64,000 bases of DNA from Candidatus Woesearchaeota archaeon (GCA_016192905.1 JACPTG010000004.1:173734-237733); one strand, 5' to 3'; counted from the first letter of the stretch, positions 1 to 9,612 are shown. Program-made: numbers and translations. Notes: a model not told the origin generated them from the letters alone.

Positions 1-592
1 GTCTTTCATTCAGGCCAATCCTGCAAAAATTGTATAAGATTTCCCTTCCATGCTCAGTCATTATTGACTCAGGATGGAACTGGACTCCGAAAATCGGGTA
101 GGACTTATGCTGGAGCCCCATAATTGCCCTGTCGTCCCTGCTGCGGGCAGTAATGGCAAGACAGTCAGGAAATGACTCCTCATCGGCAACAAGGGAGTGG
201 TATCTCATCACCCTGATATTGTTCCTGATTCCCCTGAAAATCCCCTTTCCTGAGTGCGTGATAAGGCTTGTTTTTCCGTGCATCGGCTTGCGGGCCCTTA
301 CCACCTTCCCGCCAAAAGCAGAAACTATGCCCTGATGGCCAAGGCAGACGCCCAATACAGGAATACTCCTGCCCAGCTTTGAAATAACCTCTGCGCATAC
401 CCCAAAATCACTTTTATTTTTGGGATTCCCTGGCCCTGGAGAAATAATTATCAGCCTGTAATTCCTTTCTTTAATCCTGCCAAGCGAAAGCGCATTGTTC
501 CTGACCACGTCAACATCCAGCCCAAACTCAGCCAGCATCTGGTACAAATTGTAAACAAACGAGTCAAAGTTGTCAATCAGCAGCGCCTTCAT
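1..592 (-). CDS. trpG: anthranilate synthase component II / glutamine amidotransferase (3' end truncated by window edge)
   Basis: Hand translation from rc ATG at 592: [25 protein letters not shown]...GVCLGHQG...FHPESIMTEHGREIL. This is the class-I GATase triad region. The frame stays open to position 2. The track ORF 180..398 is in a different frame. Confidence 0.85.
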   Translation of the reverse strand, partial: MKALLIDNFDSFVYNLYQMLAEFGLDVDVVRNNALSLGRIKERNYRLIIISPGPGNPKNKSDFGVCAEVISKLGRSIPVLGVCLGHQGIVSAFGGKVVRARKPMHGKTSLITHSGKGIFRGIRNNIRVMRYHSLVADEESFPDCLAITARSRDDRAIMGLQHKSYPIFGVQFHPESIMTEHGREILYNFCRIGLNER

Positions 593-1941
593 TTGTTTAC
601 CCCCATCACACTGAGCAATGCCGCTGCCTTTGCCTCGGTCTCCTCAAACTCCCTTTCAGGGACGCTGTCATAGACAATCCCTGCGCCTGCCTGCAAAAAA
701 GCCCTGTTTTTCACTGCAAACAATGTCCTTATGCAAATCGCAAAGTCCACATTCCCATTGCTGGAAAAATAACCCACTGCACCACCATAAGGCCCTCGCC
801 TGTCACGCTCCAGCTGCGAAATTATCCCAATCGCCCTAATCTTTGGCGCGCCGGAAACAGTCCCTGCAGGAAAAATCGCCCTGAACGCATCAAAGCCGGC
901 CATTCCCTTTTTTAGCCTGGAGCAGACAAGGGATGCCATGTGCTGGACGTGCGAAAATTTCTGAACTCCCATCAGCTCAGGAACCGAAACCGAGCCTATA
1001 ACAGACACTTTTCCAACATCGTTCCGCGTGAGGTCAACAAGCATAAGGTGCTCTGCCCTCTCCTTCCCGTCTGCCAGCAGTTCCTGCTCAAGCCTCAGGT
1101 CTTCCTCTGCGGAATTCCCCCTTGGCCTCGTGCCAGCCAATGTCGCATAGCTGGTGATATCCCTGCCCTCAACCCGAATCAGGTTTTCAGGGCTTGCCCC
1201 TATAATTTTCCTTTCACCAAACTTCAGGCAGTACATGTAAGGAGAGGGGTTTATCTGCTTCAGCCTTGGATAAATGGTGAAGATATCACCTGAAAAGTTT
1301 ATTTCATACCTTCTGGAGATTACAGCCTGGAAGATCTCCCCGGAAACAATTGACTCCTTCACCTTCTTCACCTTTCTGCAGAATTGCTGCCGTGACATGC
1401 CTGGCTTTAGGCTTACAACCCTGAATGGCTTTTCCCCATGCGTTTTCGCTGCGAGCATTTGAGCAATCCGTGGATACCTGTTCCTCGCCGAATAGACGTA
1501 CCTTGCCTCTTTTTTCAGGTGGTCAAAGACTATTACATCGTCATAAATCCCGAACTCAAAGTCAGGGAAAAGCTGAGCTCCCTTCTGAGGCTGAATTTCC
1601 TCAAGGCTCCTGACAAAATCAAAAGAAAAATAGCCAACCCCGCCTCCAACAAAGCCTTCTGAAGCCAAGCAATTCCTGCGTAAGTTGGCCTCCAGGTCAC
1701 GAAGAGGATCATTGGTAACCGACTTCTTTCCATTCACATAAATGAAACCCCCTTTGAATACGATGTGCCTTGCCGGGCTGAATCCAACAAAGGAAAACCT
1801 GGCCAGTTTTTCGTTCCCCTCACAGCTTTCCAGAAGAAAAGCATTTTTGAATTTCCTTGAAATGGATGAAAAAACATCTGAAGGGCTAAGTTCTGGATTA
1901 AGGGCAATCTGCCCTGGAGCGCTATTTTTTTTTGCAGTCAT
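589..1941 (-). CDS. trpE: anthranilate synthase component I (chorismate-binding enzyme)
   Basis: 450 aa. Chorismate-binding motifs present (…GAVGYFS…, …[26 protein letters not shown]…). Its stop abuts the trpG ATG. Confidence 0.88.
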   Translation of the reverse strand: MTAKKNSAPGQIALNPELSPSDVFSSISRKFKNAFLLESCEGNEKLARFSFVGFSPARHIVFKGGFIYVNGKKSVTNDPLRDLEANLRRNCLASEGFVGGGVGYFSFDFVRSLEEIQPQKGAQLFPDFEFGIYDDVIVFDHLKKEARYVYSARNRYPRIAQMLAAKTHGEKPFRVVSLKPGMSRQQFCRKVKKVKESIVSGEIFQAVISRRYEINFSGDIFTIYPRLKQINPSPYMYCLKFGERKIIGASPENLIRVEGRDITSYATLAGTRPRGNSAEEDLRLEQELLADGKERAEHLMLVDLTRNDVGKVSVIGSVSVPELMGVQKFSHVQHMASLVCSRLKKGMAGFDAFRAIFPAGTVSGAPKIRAIGIISQLERDRRGPYGGAVGYFSSNGNVDFAICIRTLFAVKNRAFLQAGAGIVYDSVPEREFEETEAKAAALLSVMGVNK

Positions 1942-2159
1942 CAGGCCTGCCTCCTGAAATAAAGCTTCCTTCTCAGGTCAGAAGGAACTGGCTCCTCTGC
2001 AAGAAGCCCGGCCTGCAGGAGCAGCTTCAGGGAACACTTGATGCCCCGCCTGGAAAGCCTGGTTTTTTCCGCAATGAAGCCCTGCGTTAAACCAGCTTCA
2101 TAAGATAAAAATACTTCAAGAATCCTAAGGCAGGAACGATTCAGGCCACCGGCAACCAA
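1941..2159 (-). CDS. small winged-HTH protein (putative regulator), TTG start
   Basis: 72 aa. The segment RSCLRILEVFLSYEAGLTQGFIAEKTRLSRRGIKCSLKLLLQAGLL matches the helix-turn-helix pattern of MarR/ArsR/Lrp N-domains. The stop and the trpE ATG overlap as TGATG. No ATG start, and the RBS is weak. Confidence 0.4.
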   Translation of the reverse strand: MVAGGLNRSCLRILEVFLSYEAGLTQGFIAEKTRLSRRGIKCSLKLLLQAGLLAEEPVPSDLRRKLYFRRQA

Positions 2160-2293
2160 CTCTTGAAACTTCTGGAGTGGAATCTAACTTAGAAACTAAA
2201 GCCTGCCTTCCAAAGGCAACCACCACTCAACGTCGCATTCATAGAAATACAGAATGGCAGGCTTGCTTAAATACCTTTTGGTAGGGGCAAAAT

Positions 2294-2557
2294 TCAGCCC
2301 CTGACATAAAGGAATTCTGTGTTCCTTAGCGGATCTCTCAACAAAATAGCTTCCTCCCTGCCCTCAGCACGGCCATAAAAAGTTGTTGCAGTCACACCTG
2401 ACGGAAGCCCGATTTCCCTCATATAAAAAGGCAAACCATTTGCCCGGTCAAGTGTTGCAAGAAGCGCACGCTGCTCCCCCTCTTCCCTGCCCGTCACCCT
2501 AACATAGGGAGGCTGGAAAGCCCCTAAAAACCTGTCAAACCCGTTAAAATCAGCCAT
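2294..2557 (-). CDS. small protein, paralog 1 of a tandem triplet (unknown function)
   Basis: 87 aa, MADFNGFDRFLGAF… It is preceded by TTGGAGGTAGATTGAAATGGCTGA, the same RBS and start context as the next two ORFs. A G/C hairpin lies downstream. Confidence 0.5.
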   Translation of the reverse strand: MADFNGFDRFLGAFQPPYVRVTGREEGEQRALLATLDRANGLPFYMREIGLPSGVTATTFYGRAEGREEAILLRDPLRNTEFLYVRG

Positions 2558-2583
2558 TTCAATCTACCTCCAATCAGCTAAAC

Positions 2584-2832
2584 TCAGCATTTCAGCAAAT
2601 AATTCCTCACATAGAGGGCTTCACCAACAGCCACAGCGTAGACATCCTGGCCAGCATAAACAACGGCGCTCCTCGCGGCGTCCGGGCCAATGCCCTCCAG
2701 TCCAGTGGCTCCCAAAAGGCCTTCAGGCAATCCTACCGACTCTTCAAGCCTCATGTCATGCTCTACAAGTTTTAGCAGAGATTCAGCGCCCCAACCGCTG
2801 GCCTTAAAAAAACCTTCCATACTATCAGCCAT
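2584..2832 (-). CDS. small protein, paralog 2 of the tandem triplet
   Basis: 82 aa, MADSMEGFFKASGWGA…LL.L…GLPEGL. Shares the MAD..GF..G.A and LL..L…GLP.G pattern with paralog 1. Upstream context is the identical TTGGAGGTAGATTGGAATGGCTGA. Confidence 0.5.
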   Translation of the reverse strand: MADSMEGFFKASGWGAESLLKLVEHDMRLEESVGLPEGLLGATGLEGIGPDAARSAVVYAGQDVYAVAVGEALYVRNYLLKC

Positions 2833-2934
2833 TCCAATCTACCTCCAAATCATATTTTGTAATTGTTATCAGAGCGAACATACAGCGACCTTTGCTGCCC
2901 GCCATCCATGTAAGTCTCAGTAAACAGCAGAGCT

Positions 2935-3102
2935 TCAGGGACACCGTACGTCATTGAAAAAGGCTGTTGCAGAAGTTGCAACTCCAGGACGCTTGTCAGC
3001 AACAAGCGCCACTGCACCTCTATACTCCCTGCCCATATACAAATCCAGCAGCGCTTGCAAATCGCCGTCAGCTGCCCTCACATATCCCCTGATGTCATCC
3101 AT
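2935..3102 (-). CDS. small protein, paralog 3 of the tandem triplet (55 aa, below the ORF-track cutoff)
   Basis: Hand translation: MDDIRGYVRAADGDLQALLDLYMGREYRGAVALVADKRPGVATSATAFFNDVRCP*. Upstream TTGGAGGTAGGTTGAAATGGATGA matches the other two. The LLxLYMxxEY segment resembles LLATLDRANGLPFYMREIG of paralog 1. Confidence 0.45.
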   Translation of the reverse strand: MDDIRGYVRAADGDLQALLDLYMGREYRGAVALVADKRPGVATSATAFFNDVRCP

Positions 3103-3339
3103 TTCAACCTACCTCCAATACTTCTTTATCCTCACATCTGAAAGGTCAAATGACTCTGAGACTGCACCTGAAGTTACCAGATTCTTCAGGCTATACTTGA
3201 CTGAACGAACAGAAAGGCCGGTAGCCAGAACAATTTCCCTTTGCGTAACTGGACTTGAACCAATAACCCTGAAAACCTTATTGCAAGACCTAGAAGACGA
3301 GTTGCCTATGACAAAGGTAATCGCCTTTTGACATAAAAA

Positions 3340-3362
3340 GAAAAGCAGAGCCTGAAATTTAA
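3340..3362 (-). promoter_or_regulatory. BRE/TATA promoter (GCAAAGTATTTAAA on the minus strand) driving the small-ORF/trp block
   Basis: rc reads gcatagcaaagtatttaaatttcag, about 240 nt upstream of paralog 3. The same 14-mer occurs upstream of the gene at 46760..47038. Confidence 0.4.
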
Positions 3363-3401
3363 ATACTTTGCTATGCGTGCAATATTGCCTTGGCGCCGCT
3401 T

Positions 3402-3478
3402 AGGTCGAGTAGCCTGCGCCTGCAGTGAAAGGGCGAATGCTCGACAGGCAGCTATCAGATAGAACCCTTTCACTGCCT
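3402..3478 (-). terminator. two adjacent stem-loops overlapping the tktC stop (putative terminator/RNA structure)
   Basis: GCAGTGAAAGGG(…31 nt…)CCCTTTCACTGC is a 12-bp stem. Next to it is GGCGC(…)GCGCC. Both sit just before the internal promoter. Confidence 0.35.
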
Positions 3479-4411
3479 CAGCGCCTTCTTTCCAACAGCC
3501 CTCTTGACCGCAGCTGCAATGTGACCCGGGCTCAATCCGTATTTCTCGTAAAGCTCCCCTGGCTTGCCTGACTCTGCGAAAACATCCTTAACGCCAACCT
3601 TCTGGACAGGGATAAGACTATCGTTCTCATTAAGAACATCTTGGACAGCAGAGCCAAGGCCTCCTATTATGCTGTGGTCCTCTGAAGTGACAACCGCCCT
3701 GGTTTTTGAGGCGTATTCAAGAACAAGGCTTTTGTCTATTGGCTTTATGGAGGAAATGTTAACAACAGCAGCCCTTATGCCTTCCTTCTCCAACTGCTCT
3801 GCAGCCTTAAGCGACTCAGAAACCATTGTGCCGCATGCAAAAATTACAGCGTCTGCACCCTCACGCACAACATAACCCCTGCCAATCTCAAAATTATGGG
3901 AATCATCATAAAGCGCTGGAACAGGAGCGCGGGACATCCTCATGTAAGCAGGCCCAATATGCCTGTAAAGAGCCTCAACTGCCTTTTCAGTCTGAACAGA
4001 ATCAGCAGGGACAAGCACAACCATGCCTGGAAGGGCCCTCATAGTTGCAATGTCAGTAATCTCCTGCGCTGTAGGGCCGTCCTCGCCTGTGGCAAGCCCT
4101 GCATGGCTGCCTACAAGCTTCACGTTCAATTTTGAATAACACACTGATACAAAAATCTGGTCATAAGCGTTCCTTGTAAGGAAGCACGCAAAGCTGGACG
4201 CAAAGGGCTTTTTTCCGCAGGTGGCAAGGCCTGCCCCAGTGCAGACCATGTCAGCCTCTGCAATGCCCATAGTGAAGAAACGGTCAGGGTATTTTTCGCC
4301 GAACTGGAGGCTCCTGGTTGAATCCTGCAAATCTGCGTCAAGCACAACAACGTCCCTGTCATCAGCAATCTTCAGCAAACCCCTGCCATAGCCATCCCTG
4401 GAAGCTTCCAC
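3470..4411 (-). CDS. transketolase, C-terminal (pyrimidine-binding) subunit
   Basis: 313 aa. …FTMGIAEADMVCTGAGLA…VGSHAGLATGEDGPTAQ… This is the split archaeal-type tkt. Confidence 0.9.
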   Translation of the reverse strand: MEASRDGYGRGLLKIADDRDVVVLDADLQDSTRSLQFGEKYPDRFFTMGIAEADMVCTGAGLATCGKKPFASSFACFLTRNAYDQIFVSVCYSKLNVKLVGSHAGLATGEDGPTAQEITDIATMRALPGMVVLVPADSVQTEKAVEALYRHIGPAYMRMSRAPVPALYDDSHNFEIGRGYVVREGADAVIFACGTMVSESLKAAEQLEKEGIRAAVVNISSIKPIDKSLVLEYASKTRAVVTSEDHSIIGGLGSAVQDVLNENDSLIPVQKVGVKDVFAESGKPGELYEKYGLSPGHIAAAVKRAVGKKALRQ

Positions 4412-5269
4412 CTACATCGCCTCCACTTCAGCCAGCGCCTGCCTCAGCTGCTCAGCGTTTGGAGCCTTCCCATGCCATGAGGAAACATTCTCCATGAAGG
4501 AAACGCCCTTGCCCTTGACTGTCCGGGCGATGACAACCTTCGGCCTGCCCCTGATTGTCAATGCCAGGTCAAAAGCGTTGCAAAGCTCCTGCACATCGTG
4601 ACCATCCACCTCGGACGTATGCCATCCGAAGGCTGCAAACTTCTCAGCAACAGGCTCAATCCGCATCAGCTTCTCAGTCGGGCCGTTCTGCTGCAGGCCA
4701 TTCCTGTCTACGATGGCTATTACATTATCAAGCCTGTAATGGGCAGCTGACCTTGCAGCCTCCCATACCTGGCCCTCCTGAAGCTCGCCGTCACCCATTA
4801 CCACATAAACATCGTATGGCTTTCCATCAAGCTTTCCTGCCAGGGCCATTCCATTGCCAACAGACAAGCCCTGGCCAAGGCTTCCAGTGCAGACATCAAT
4901 TCCCGGAGTGTAGATGCTGGAGTGGCCCTGAAGCCTGCTGTTCAGCTGCCTGTAGGTTTTGAGATCTTCCTTTGGGAAAAATCCAGCCTCTGCCATTGCC
5001 GCATATAATGCAGGTGTTGCATGCCCTTTGCTCATGACAAAACGGTCCCTGTCAGGCCACTTAGGATTCTTGGCATCAAACTTCATCTGACGGAAGAATA
5101 ATACGGAAAGAATTTCAGCAGCAGACAAAGAGCCGCCAGGATGGCCAGAGCCAGCCCTGTTGGCCATTAAAAGACTTTGCAGCCGGATTTCCTTTGCAAA
5201 CGCCCTGAGCTCTTCCGGAGTCCTCATATTTACAGGCAGGTCCATGGGTGAGTAAATAAAGTTTGTCAA
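4412..5269 (-). CDS. transketolase, N-terminal (TPP-binding) subunit
   Basis: 285 aa. GHPGGSLS…SKGHATPALYA…VVMGDGELQEG…DRNGLQ. Directly adjacent to the C-terminal subunit. Confidence 0.9.
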   Translation of the reverse strand: MTNFIYSPMDLPVNMRTPEELRAFAKEIRLQSLLMANRAGSGHPGGSLSAAEILSVLFFRQMKFDAKNPKWPDRDRFVMSKGHATPALYAAMAEAGFFPKEDLKTYRQLNSRLQGHSSIYTPGIDVCTGSLGQGLSVGNGMALAGKLDGKPYDVYVVMGDGELQEGQVWEAARSAAHYRLDNVIAIVDRNGLQQNGPTEKLMRIEPVAEKFAAFGWHTSEVDGHDVQELCNAFDLALTIRGRPKVVIARTVKGKGVSFMENVSSWHGKAPNAEQLRQALAEVEAM

Positions 5270-6090
5270 AAATCCTTTCCTTTTGGATAGGAGCCTAAAA
5301 TCTTCATGAACAACGCGTTTTTCCTCAGCTCAGCAATTGCATTCTTTACCTTTCCATCTTTAAGAGAGCCCTCAAAATCAAGGTAAAACATGTATTCCCA
5401 CTTTTTCCCTTTCATTGGCCTTGAAACGAGCTTTGTCAGGTTAATGTTGTTTTCCGCAAGTCCCCTCAGGCTGCAGTACAAAGAGCCGGGGGTGTGCTTT
5501 ACACTGAATACCACTGAGGTCTTTAATTCCCTGCTGCCCGCAACTCCCTGCTCCCTTGCCACAACAAAGAAGCGTGTTGTGTTGCCACTGTCAGTCTCTA
5601 TCCGCTTTCTTAGCATCTTCATGCCGTATATCTCTGCCGCCAGCTCACTCGCAACAGCAGCCTCCTCCTTATTCCCCCTTTCCTTTACTATCCTAACAGC
5701 GCCTGCCGTGTCATATTCCTCAATCCTCTGAATACTGTTCCTGTCCAGGAATTCCTGGCTCTGGACGAGGGCCTGTGGATGGGAATACGCCCTCCTGATA
5801 TCTTTCAGGCCAGAGCCCTTCTGCCCAATCAGGCAGTGGTGCACAGGAAGGTATTCCTCACCACAGACCACGAGGTTTTTTTCAAGGAGCAGGTCATAGT
5901 TCTCATTCACGTCTCCAGCAGTGCTGTTCTCCACAGGCACCATTCCGTAAGCTGCGTGACTTCTTTCCACCCTCTCAAAAAGCTCCCTGAAAGTCCTGCA
6001 GGGGGAAGTTTGCACTTTCCTGCCGAAATGGTTGAAGGCTGCAAGCTCGCTGTATGCGCCGTGCTCGCCCTGGAATGCAACGTCATCCAT
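5266..6090 (-). CDS. pheA: prephenate dehydratase with C-terminal ACT domain
   Basis: PDT motifs present: AYSELAAFNHF, TRF. ACT tail present: VVFSVKHTPGSLYCSLRGLAENNINLTKL. Start taken at the internal Met (MDDVAFQGEHGAYSE), just after the tyrA stop. The track start at 6129 would overlap tyrA by 47 nt. Confidence 0.82.
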   Translation of the reverse strand: MDDVAFQGEHGAYSELAAFNHFGRKVQTSPCRTFRELFERVERSHAAYGMVPVENSTAGDVNENYDLLLEKNLVVCGEEYLPVHHCLIGQKGSGLKDIRRAYSHPQALVQSQEFLDRNSIQRIEEYDTAGAVRIVKERGNKEEAAVASELAAEIYGMKMLRKRIETDSGNTTRFFVVAREQGVAGSRELKTSVVFSVKHTPGSLYCSLRGLAENNINLTKLVSRPMKGKKWEYMFYLDFEGSLKDGKVKNAIAELRKNALFMKILGSYPKGKDF

Positions 6091-6787
6091 TTTTGCCTGC
6101 CAGTTCCATAATCCTTTTTCCAAAGCCAATCAGTGCAGGCCTTGCAAACCTGTTATAGCGAAGCATGTCCAAAAACAGCTGGTAAGAGTCACTCTCAACC
6201 CTCTCCTTAATGCCTGCCATGAGTTCAGAATTCATGGTTTTTATCTCCGGCGCGCCAGAAGGAAACGACCGGCCAATTGCATGGATAAGAGCAAGCGAAA
6301 AGGCAGCCTGCCGGTCATGCTCCTCAGGCGTGGTTTCCATTACCCTGAGCCCGAGCCCGGCCATGAAATCCTTAACCTTCTTAAGCCTTGCCTGGCTTAT
6401 CCTTACAGGGCATAAAACTATTCTCCTGCTCCCAGGCCTGCTGTAGCTGTCAGGCCCGAACAATGGGTGAGTGGAAATCAAATCAGCCTGAGGCAGCCCC
6501 TTGCGCAATACACCAGCAGGATATTCCTTTACAGAGCACACGTCCATAACAAGGGCTCCTTTCCTGACATGGGGCCTTATCTGCCTGACAGCATCCTCAA
6601 GAGAGGATGCGTGGACACACAGCAATACGATGTCAGACGCTGCTGCTTCCTCTAATGTGGCTGTGCATTCTTCACGCTTCAAGTCATAGACTAATGTCCT
6701 GAAGTGCCGGCTCAGCAGCCTTTCAGCCAGCCTTCCAAACCTTCCACGCCCGATTATTCCAAGGCTTTTCTTAGCTGCCTTAACCAT
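6083..6787 (-). CDS. tyrA: prephenate dehydrogenase
   Basis: 234 aa. N-terminal Rossmann motif (LGIIGRGRFG); STHPLFGP; PDH domain. Confidence 0.82.
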   Translation of the reverse strand: MVKAAKKSLGIIGRGRFGRLAERLLSRHFRTLVYDLKREECTATLEEAAASDIVLLCVHASSLEDAVRQIRPHVRKGALVMDVCSVKEYPAGVLRKGLPQADLISTHPLFGPDSYSRPGSRRIVLCPVRISQARLKKVKDFMAGLGLRVMETTPEEHDRQAAFSLALIHAIGRSFPSGAPEIKTMNSELMAGIKERVESDSYQLFLDMLRYNRFARPALIGFGKRIMELAGKNG

Positions 6788-7835
6788 ACGCCCTCTGCCT
6801 GAGAAGATGGTCTACCAGAACAAGGGCAACCATTGCCTCAACCACAGGAACCGCCCTTGGACAGAGGCACGGGTCAAACCTTCCCTCTGCCTTCAGCTTT
6901 TCCTCCCTTCCTGCCCTGCTTATTGTCTGCTGCTCCTTAGCTATTGATGAAGTGGGCTTTACTGCGGCCCTTACGATTATGTCCTGGCCGCTTGAAATCC
7001 CTCCAAGAATCCCTCCTGCGTGGTTTGTGGAGAATCCTGATTTTTTTATCGCATCGTTTGCCTCTGAGCCCTTCATCTCAGCAAGCCTGAACCCGTCACC
7101 AATCTCAATACCCTTAACCGCGCCTATGCTCATAACTGCCTTTGCAAGGTCTGCACTCAGCTTGTCAAAGGTCGGCTCGCCAAGGCCTGCGGGAACTCCT
7201 TTTGCAACAACCTCAACTATGCCTCCGACTGAATCGCCTTCTGCTTTTGCAGCCAGAATAAGCTTTTCCATCTCCAACGCCTTTTTCCTGTGGGCAGCCC
7301 TTACAGGGTTCTTCTCTGTCTCGCTGTAGTCTATCTCGCTGTCCTCCAGCCTTATCCTGCCCACCTGCCTTGTGAAACCAATAACACTTATACCTTCCTT
7401 TTCCAGGACTTTCTTTGCGATTGCAGCTGCCGCCACGCGGCCTACCTGCTCCCTTGCCGAGCTCCTTCCGCCACCCCTCCAGTCCCTTATGCCATATTTC
7501 TTTTCGTAAGTGTAGTCAGCGTGCCCTGGCCTGTACAGCTCCCTGAACTTCTCGTATTTGGCCGAGTCTATATCCTCATTCATCACCATTATGGATATAG
7601 GGGCTCCTGTAGTACGGCCTTCGAAAACTCCTGACATTATAATGGCCTTGTCCGCCTCTTTCCTTGGAGTCGTGACTGCACTCTGGCCAGGCCTTCTCCT
7701 GTCAAGGTCTTTCTGAATGTCCTCTTCACTTACTTCCAAGTTTGGCGGGCAGCCATCTATGACAACACCCACGCCTTTCCCATGAGACTCGCCCCATGTT
7801 GATATCCTGAACATCCTTCCGAAAGTGCTGGTCAT
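6780..7835 (-). CDS. aroC: chorismate synthase
   Basis: 351 aa. FGRMFRISTWGESHG…GRSSARE… are canonical AroC motifs. Confidence 0.92.
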   Translation of the reverse strand: MTSTFGRMFRISTWGESHGKGVGVVIDGCPPNLEVSEEDIQKDLDRRRPGQSAVTTPRKEADKAIIMSGVFEGRTTGAPISIMVMNEDIDSAKYEKFRELYRPGHADYTYEKKYGIRDWRGGGRSSAREQVGRVAAAAIAKKVLEKEGISVIGFTRQVGRIRLEDSEIDYSETEKNPVRAAHRKKALEMEKLILAAKAEGDSVGGIVEVVAKGVPAGLGEPTFDKLSADLAKAVMSIGAVKGIEIGDGFRLAEMKGSEANDAIKKSGFSTNHAGGILGGISSGQDIIVRAAVKPTSSIAKEQQTISRAGREEKLKAEGRFDPCLCPRAVPVVEAMVALVLVDHLLRQRAYG

Positions 7836-8350
7836 TGTTTCACCCTTGCGTGCTTTAAAAAGCCGAGTATAATCCGCGCAGCCTCCTGAGGGCTTGCTTC
7901 TGAAGTGTCAATAACCACATCCGCAATCCCAAAGTATCTCTTCTCCCTTTTCCTCAAAACCTGCCTTATCTCAGCAACCGCGCCCTTCCCGGTAATGGAC
8001 GGCCTGCCACTGCCAGCTATCCTTGAGGCAATCACTTCACTGTCAGCAGTCAGGAGAATAACCAGATTTTTTTTCCGGTCAAACCTTATCCTGCTTTCTG
8101 TAAATGCGCCGCCTCCGGTCGCAACCACAGCGCGACCTGACCTCAGGGCAGCCCTTACCGCCACTCTTTCCAGAGACCTCAGCCTTTTCCACCCTGATTT
8201 GGCCACCAGCTCAGGAATGGTCATTTTTGCAAGCCTCTCAACCTCATCATCAGTGTCAATGAACCTGGATTTAAGCTTTCTTGAAAGAATTTTCCCAACC
8301 GCAGTCTTGCCAACACCCCGGTATCCTGTAAGAACTATGTTCATCAGCAA
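7832..8350 (-). CDS. aroK: shikimate kinase, bacterial P-loop (AroK/AroL) type
   Basis: 172 aa. Walker A (LTGYRGVGKTAVGKIL), ATGGG, and an AroK-like layout. It is not a GHMP-family kinase. Confidence 0.82.
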   Translation of the reverse strand: MLMNIVLTGYRGVGKTAVGKILSRKLKSRFIDTDDEVERLAKMTIPELVAKSGWKRLRSLERVAVRAALRSGRAVVATGGGAFTESRIRFDRKKNLVILLTADSEVIASRIAGSGRPSITGKGAVAEIRQVLRKREKRYFGIADVVIDTSEASPQEAARIILGFLKHARVKQ

Positions 8351-9612
8351 AGCCTCTCAAGCTCCCTGAAAAAATCCGGGAAAGTCTTTGAAACACACTC
8401 AGCACCCCTAATAACCATGCCCTTCACTGCAAGCCCTGCAATGGCAAAGCTCATGGCCATCCGGTGGTCATTGTAAGTTTCAATGGCAGAACCTTTCAAA
8501 TGGCCTGGTTCTATTTGGAGCCTGTTTTCAGTCTCAGTTACCTTTGCCCCCATCTTTCTCAGTTCTGTTGCCGTTGCCCTAATCCTGTCAGTTTCCTTTA
8601 CTCTAAGGTTGCTTATGTTCATTATACTCGTCCTTCCATTTGCAAAGGCTGCAACGACTGCCAAGGTCTGTGCAGTGTCAGGCATGCTGTTCATGTCAGC
8701 AACTATCCCCTTGAGGCTGCCGCCTTGGACTTCTATCCAGTCCTTGCCTTTCCTTACCCTGCAACCCATCTTTCCAAGCAGGTCAGGGAATTTTGCATCG
8801 CCCTGCACGCTTTTCGGGTTTACCCCTGTTACCTTTACCCTTCCCTTTGTCACTGCGGCTGCAGCGAAAAAGTATGATGCGTTGCTAAAGTCGCCCTCCA
8901 CAAAGTAGTTTCTCGCTGAGTATTTTTGGCCGGATTTCACTGACAACTCCCTGTAGTTCCTGTTGGAGGCCCTAATACCAAATGCCGTCATTGAGTCAAT
9001 CGTCATATCAACGTAGGGCTTTGAAGTCAGGTCTCCTGTAATTTCTATCTGGACATCATTATCAGCGTATGGGGCAACCATGAGCATTGCGCTCAGGTAC
9101 TGGCTGCTTAATGAACCATCTAAATTTGCCTTTCCCCCTTTCAGCCTCCTGCCCCTTACAGTCACAGGCGGAAAACCATGACTCGTCTTTATCTCTGCGC
9201 CAAGCTGCCTCAGCCCCTCCTCCAAGTCGCCTATCGGCCTTTGCCTCATTCTTGCTTCCCCGTCAATAATGGTGCGGCCTTCTGCCAATGTTGCCGCGGC
9301 TGCGATGAACCTTACTGTAGTTCCGGAGTTGCCTGCGAATATGGTTTTCTTAGGAGCCGCCATAGCTTCCGGCTTCCCTTCAACAGCGATTGTCCCACTG
9401 TTCTGGCCTATCAGTGCGGCATTAACCCCAAGCTGTTTCAGGGCGTTTATCATGTGCCTGGTGTCATCGCTGTCAAGGCAGTTGCTCAGCGTTGACCTGC
9501 CATCCGCCAGGGCTGCTATCATTAGTGCCCTGTTTGTGAAGCTCCTTGACCTTGGGCAGCCGATGCTCGCGTTTAGTTCACCTTCACATACAGGCTTCAC
9601 AGAGATTTCCAT
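8344..9612 (-). CDS. aroA: 3-phosphoshikimate 1-carboxyvinyltransferase (EPSP synthase)
   Basis: EPSPS fold repeats present: …LGNSGTTVRF…, …RPIGDLEEGLRQLGA… Start chosen at internal MEISVKPV. Confidence 0.9.
   Translation of the reverse strand: MEISVKPVCEGELNASIGCPRSRSFTNRALMIAALADGRSTLSNCLDSDDTRHMINALKQLGVNAALIGQNSGTIAVEGKPEAMAAPKKTIFAGNSGTTVRFIAAAATLAEGRTIIDGEARMRQRPIGDLEEGLRQLGAEIKTSHGFPPVTVRGRRLKGGKANLDGSLSSQYLSAMLMVAPYADNDVQIEITGDLTSKPYVDMTIDSMTAFGIRASNRNYRELSVKSGQKYSARNYFVEGDFSNASYFFAAAAVTKGRVKVTGVNPKSVQGDAKFPDLLGKMGCRVRKGKDWIEVQGGSLKGIVADMNSMPDTAQTLAVVAAFANGRTSIMNISNLRVKETDRIRATATELRKMGAKVTETENRLQIEPGHLKGSAIETYNDHRMAMSFAIAGLAVKGMVIRGAECVSKTFPDFFRELERLC

Noticed and set aside
180-398. 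72-aa minus-strand ORF from the track
   Set aside because: It is out of frame with, and entirely inside, the trpG reading frame, which translates cleanly from 592 to the window edge.
2954-3331. 125-aa plus-strand ORF
   Set aside because: It is antisense to small paralog 3 (2935..3102) and the leader/promoter region 3103..3331. It has low complexity, no RBS and no homolog pattern. Likely spurious.
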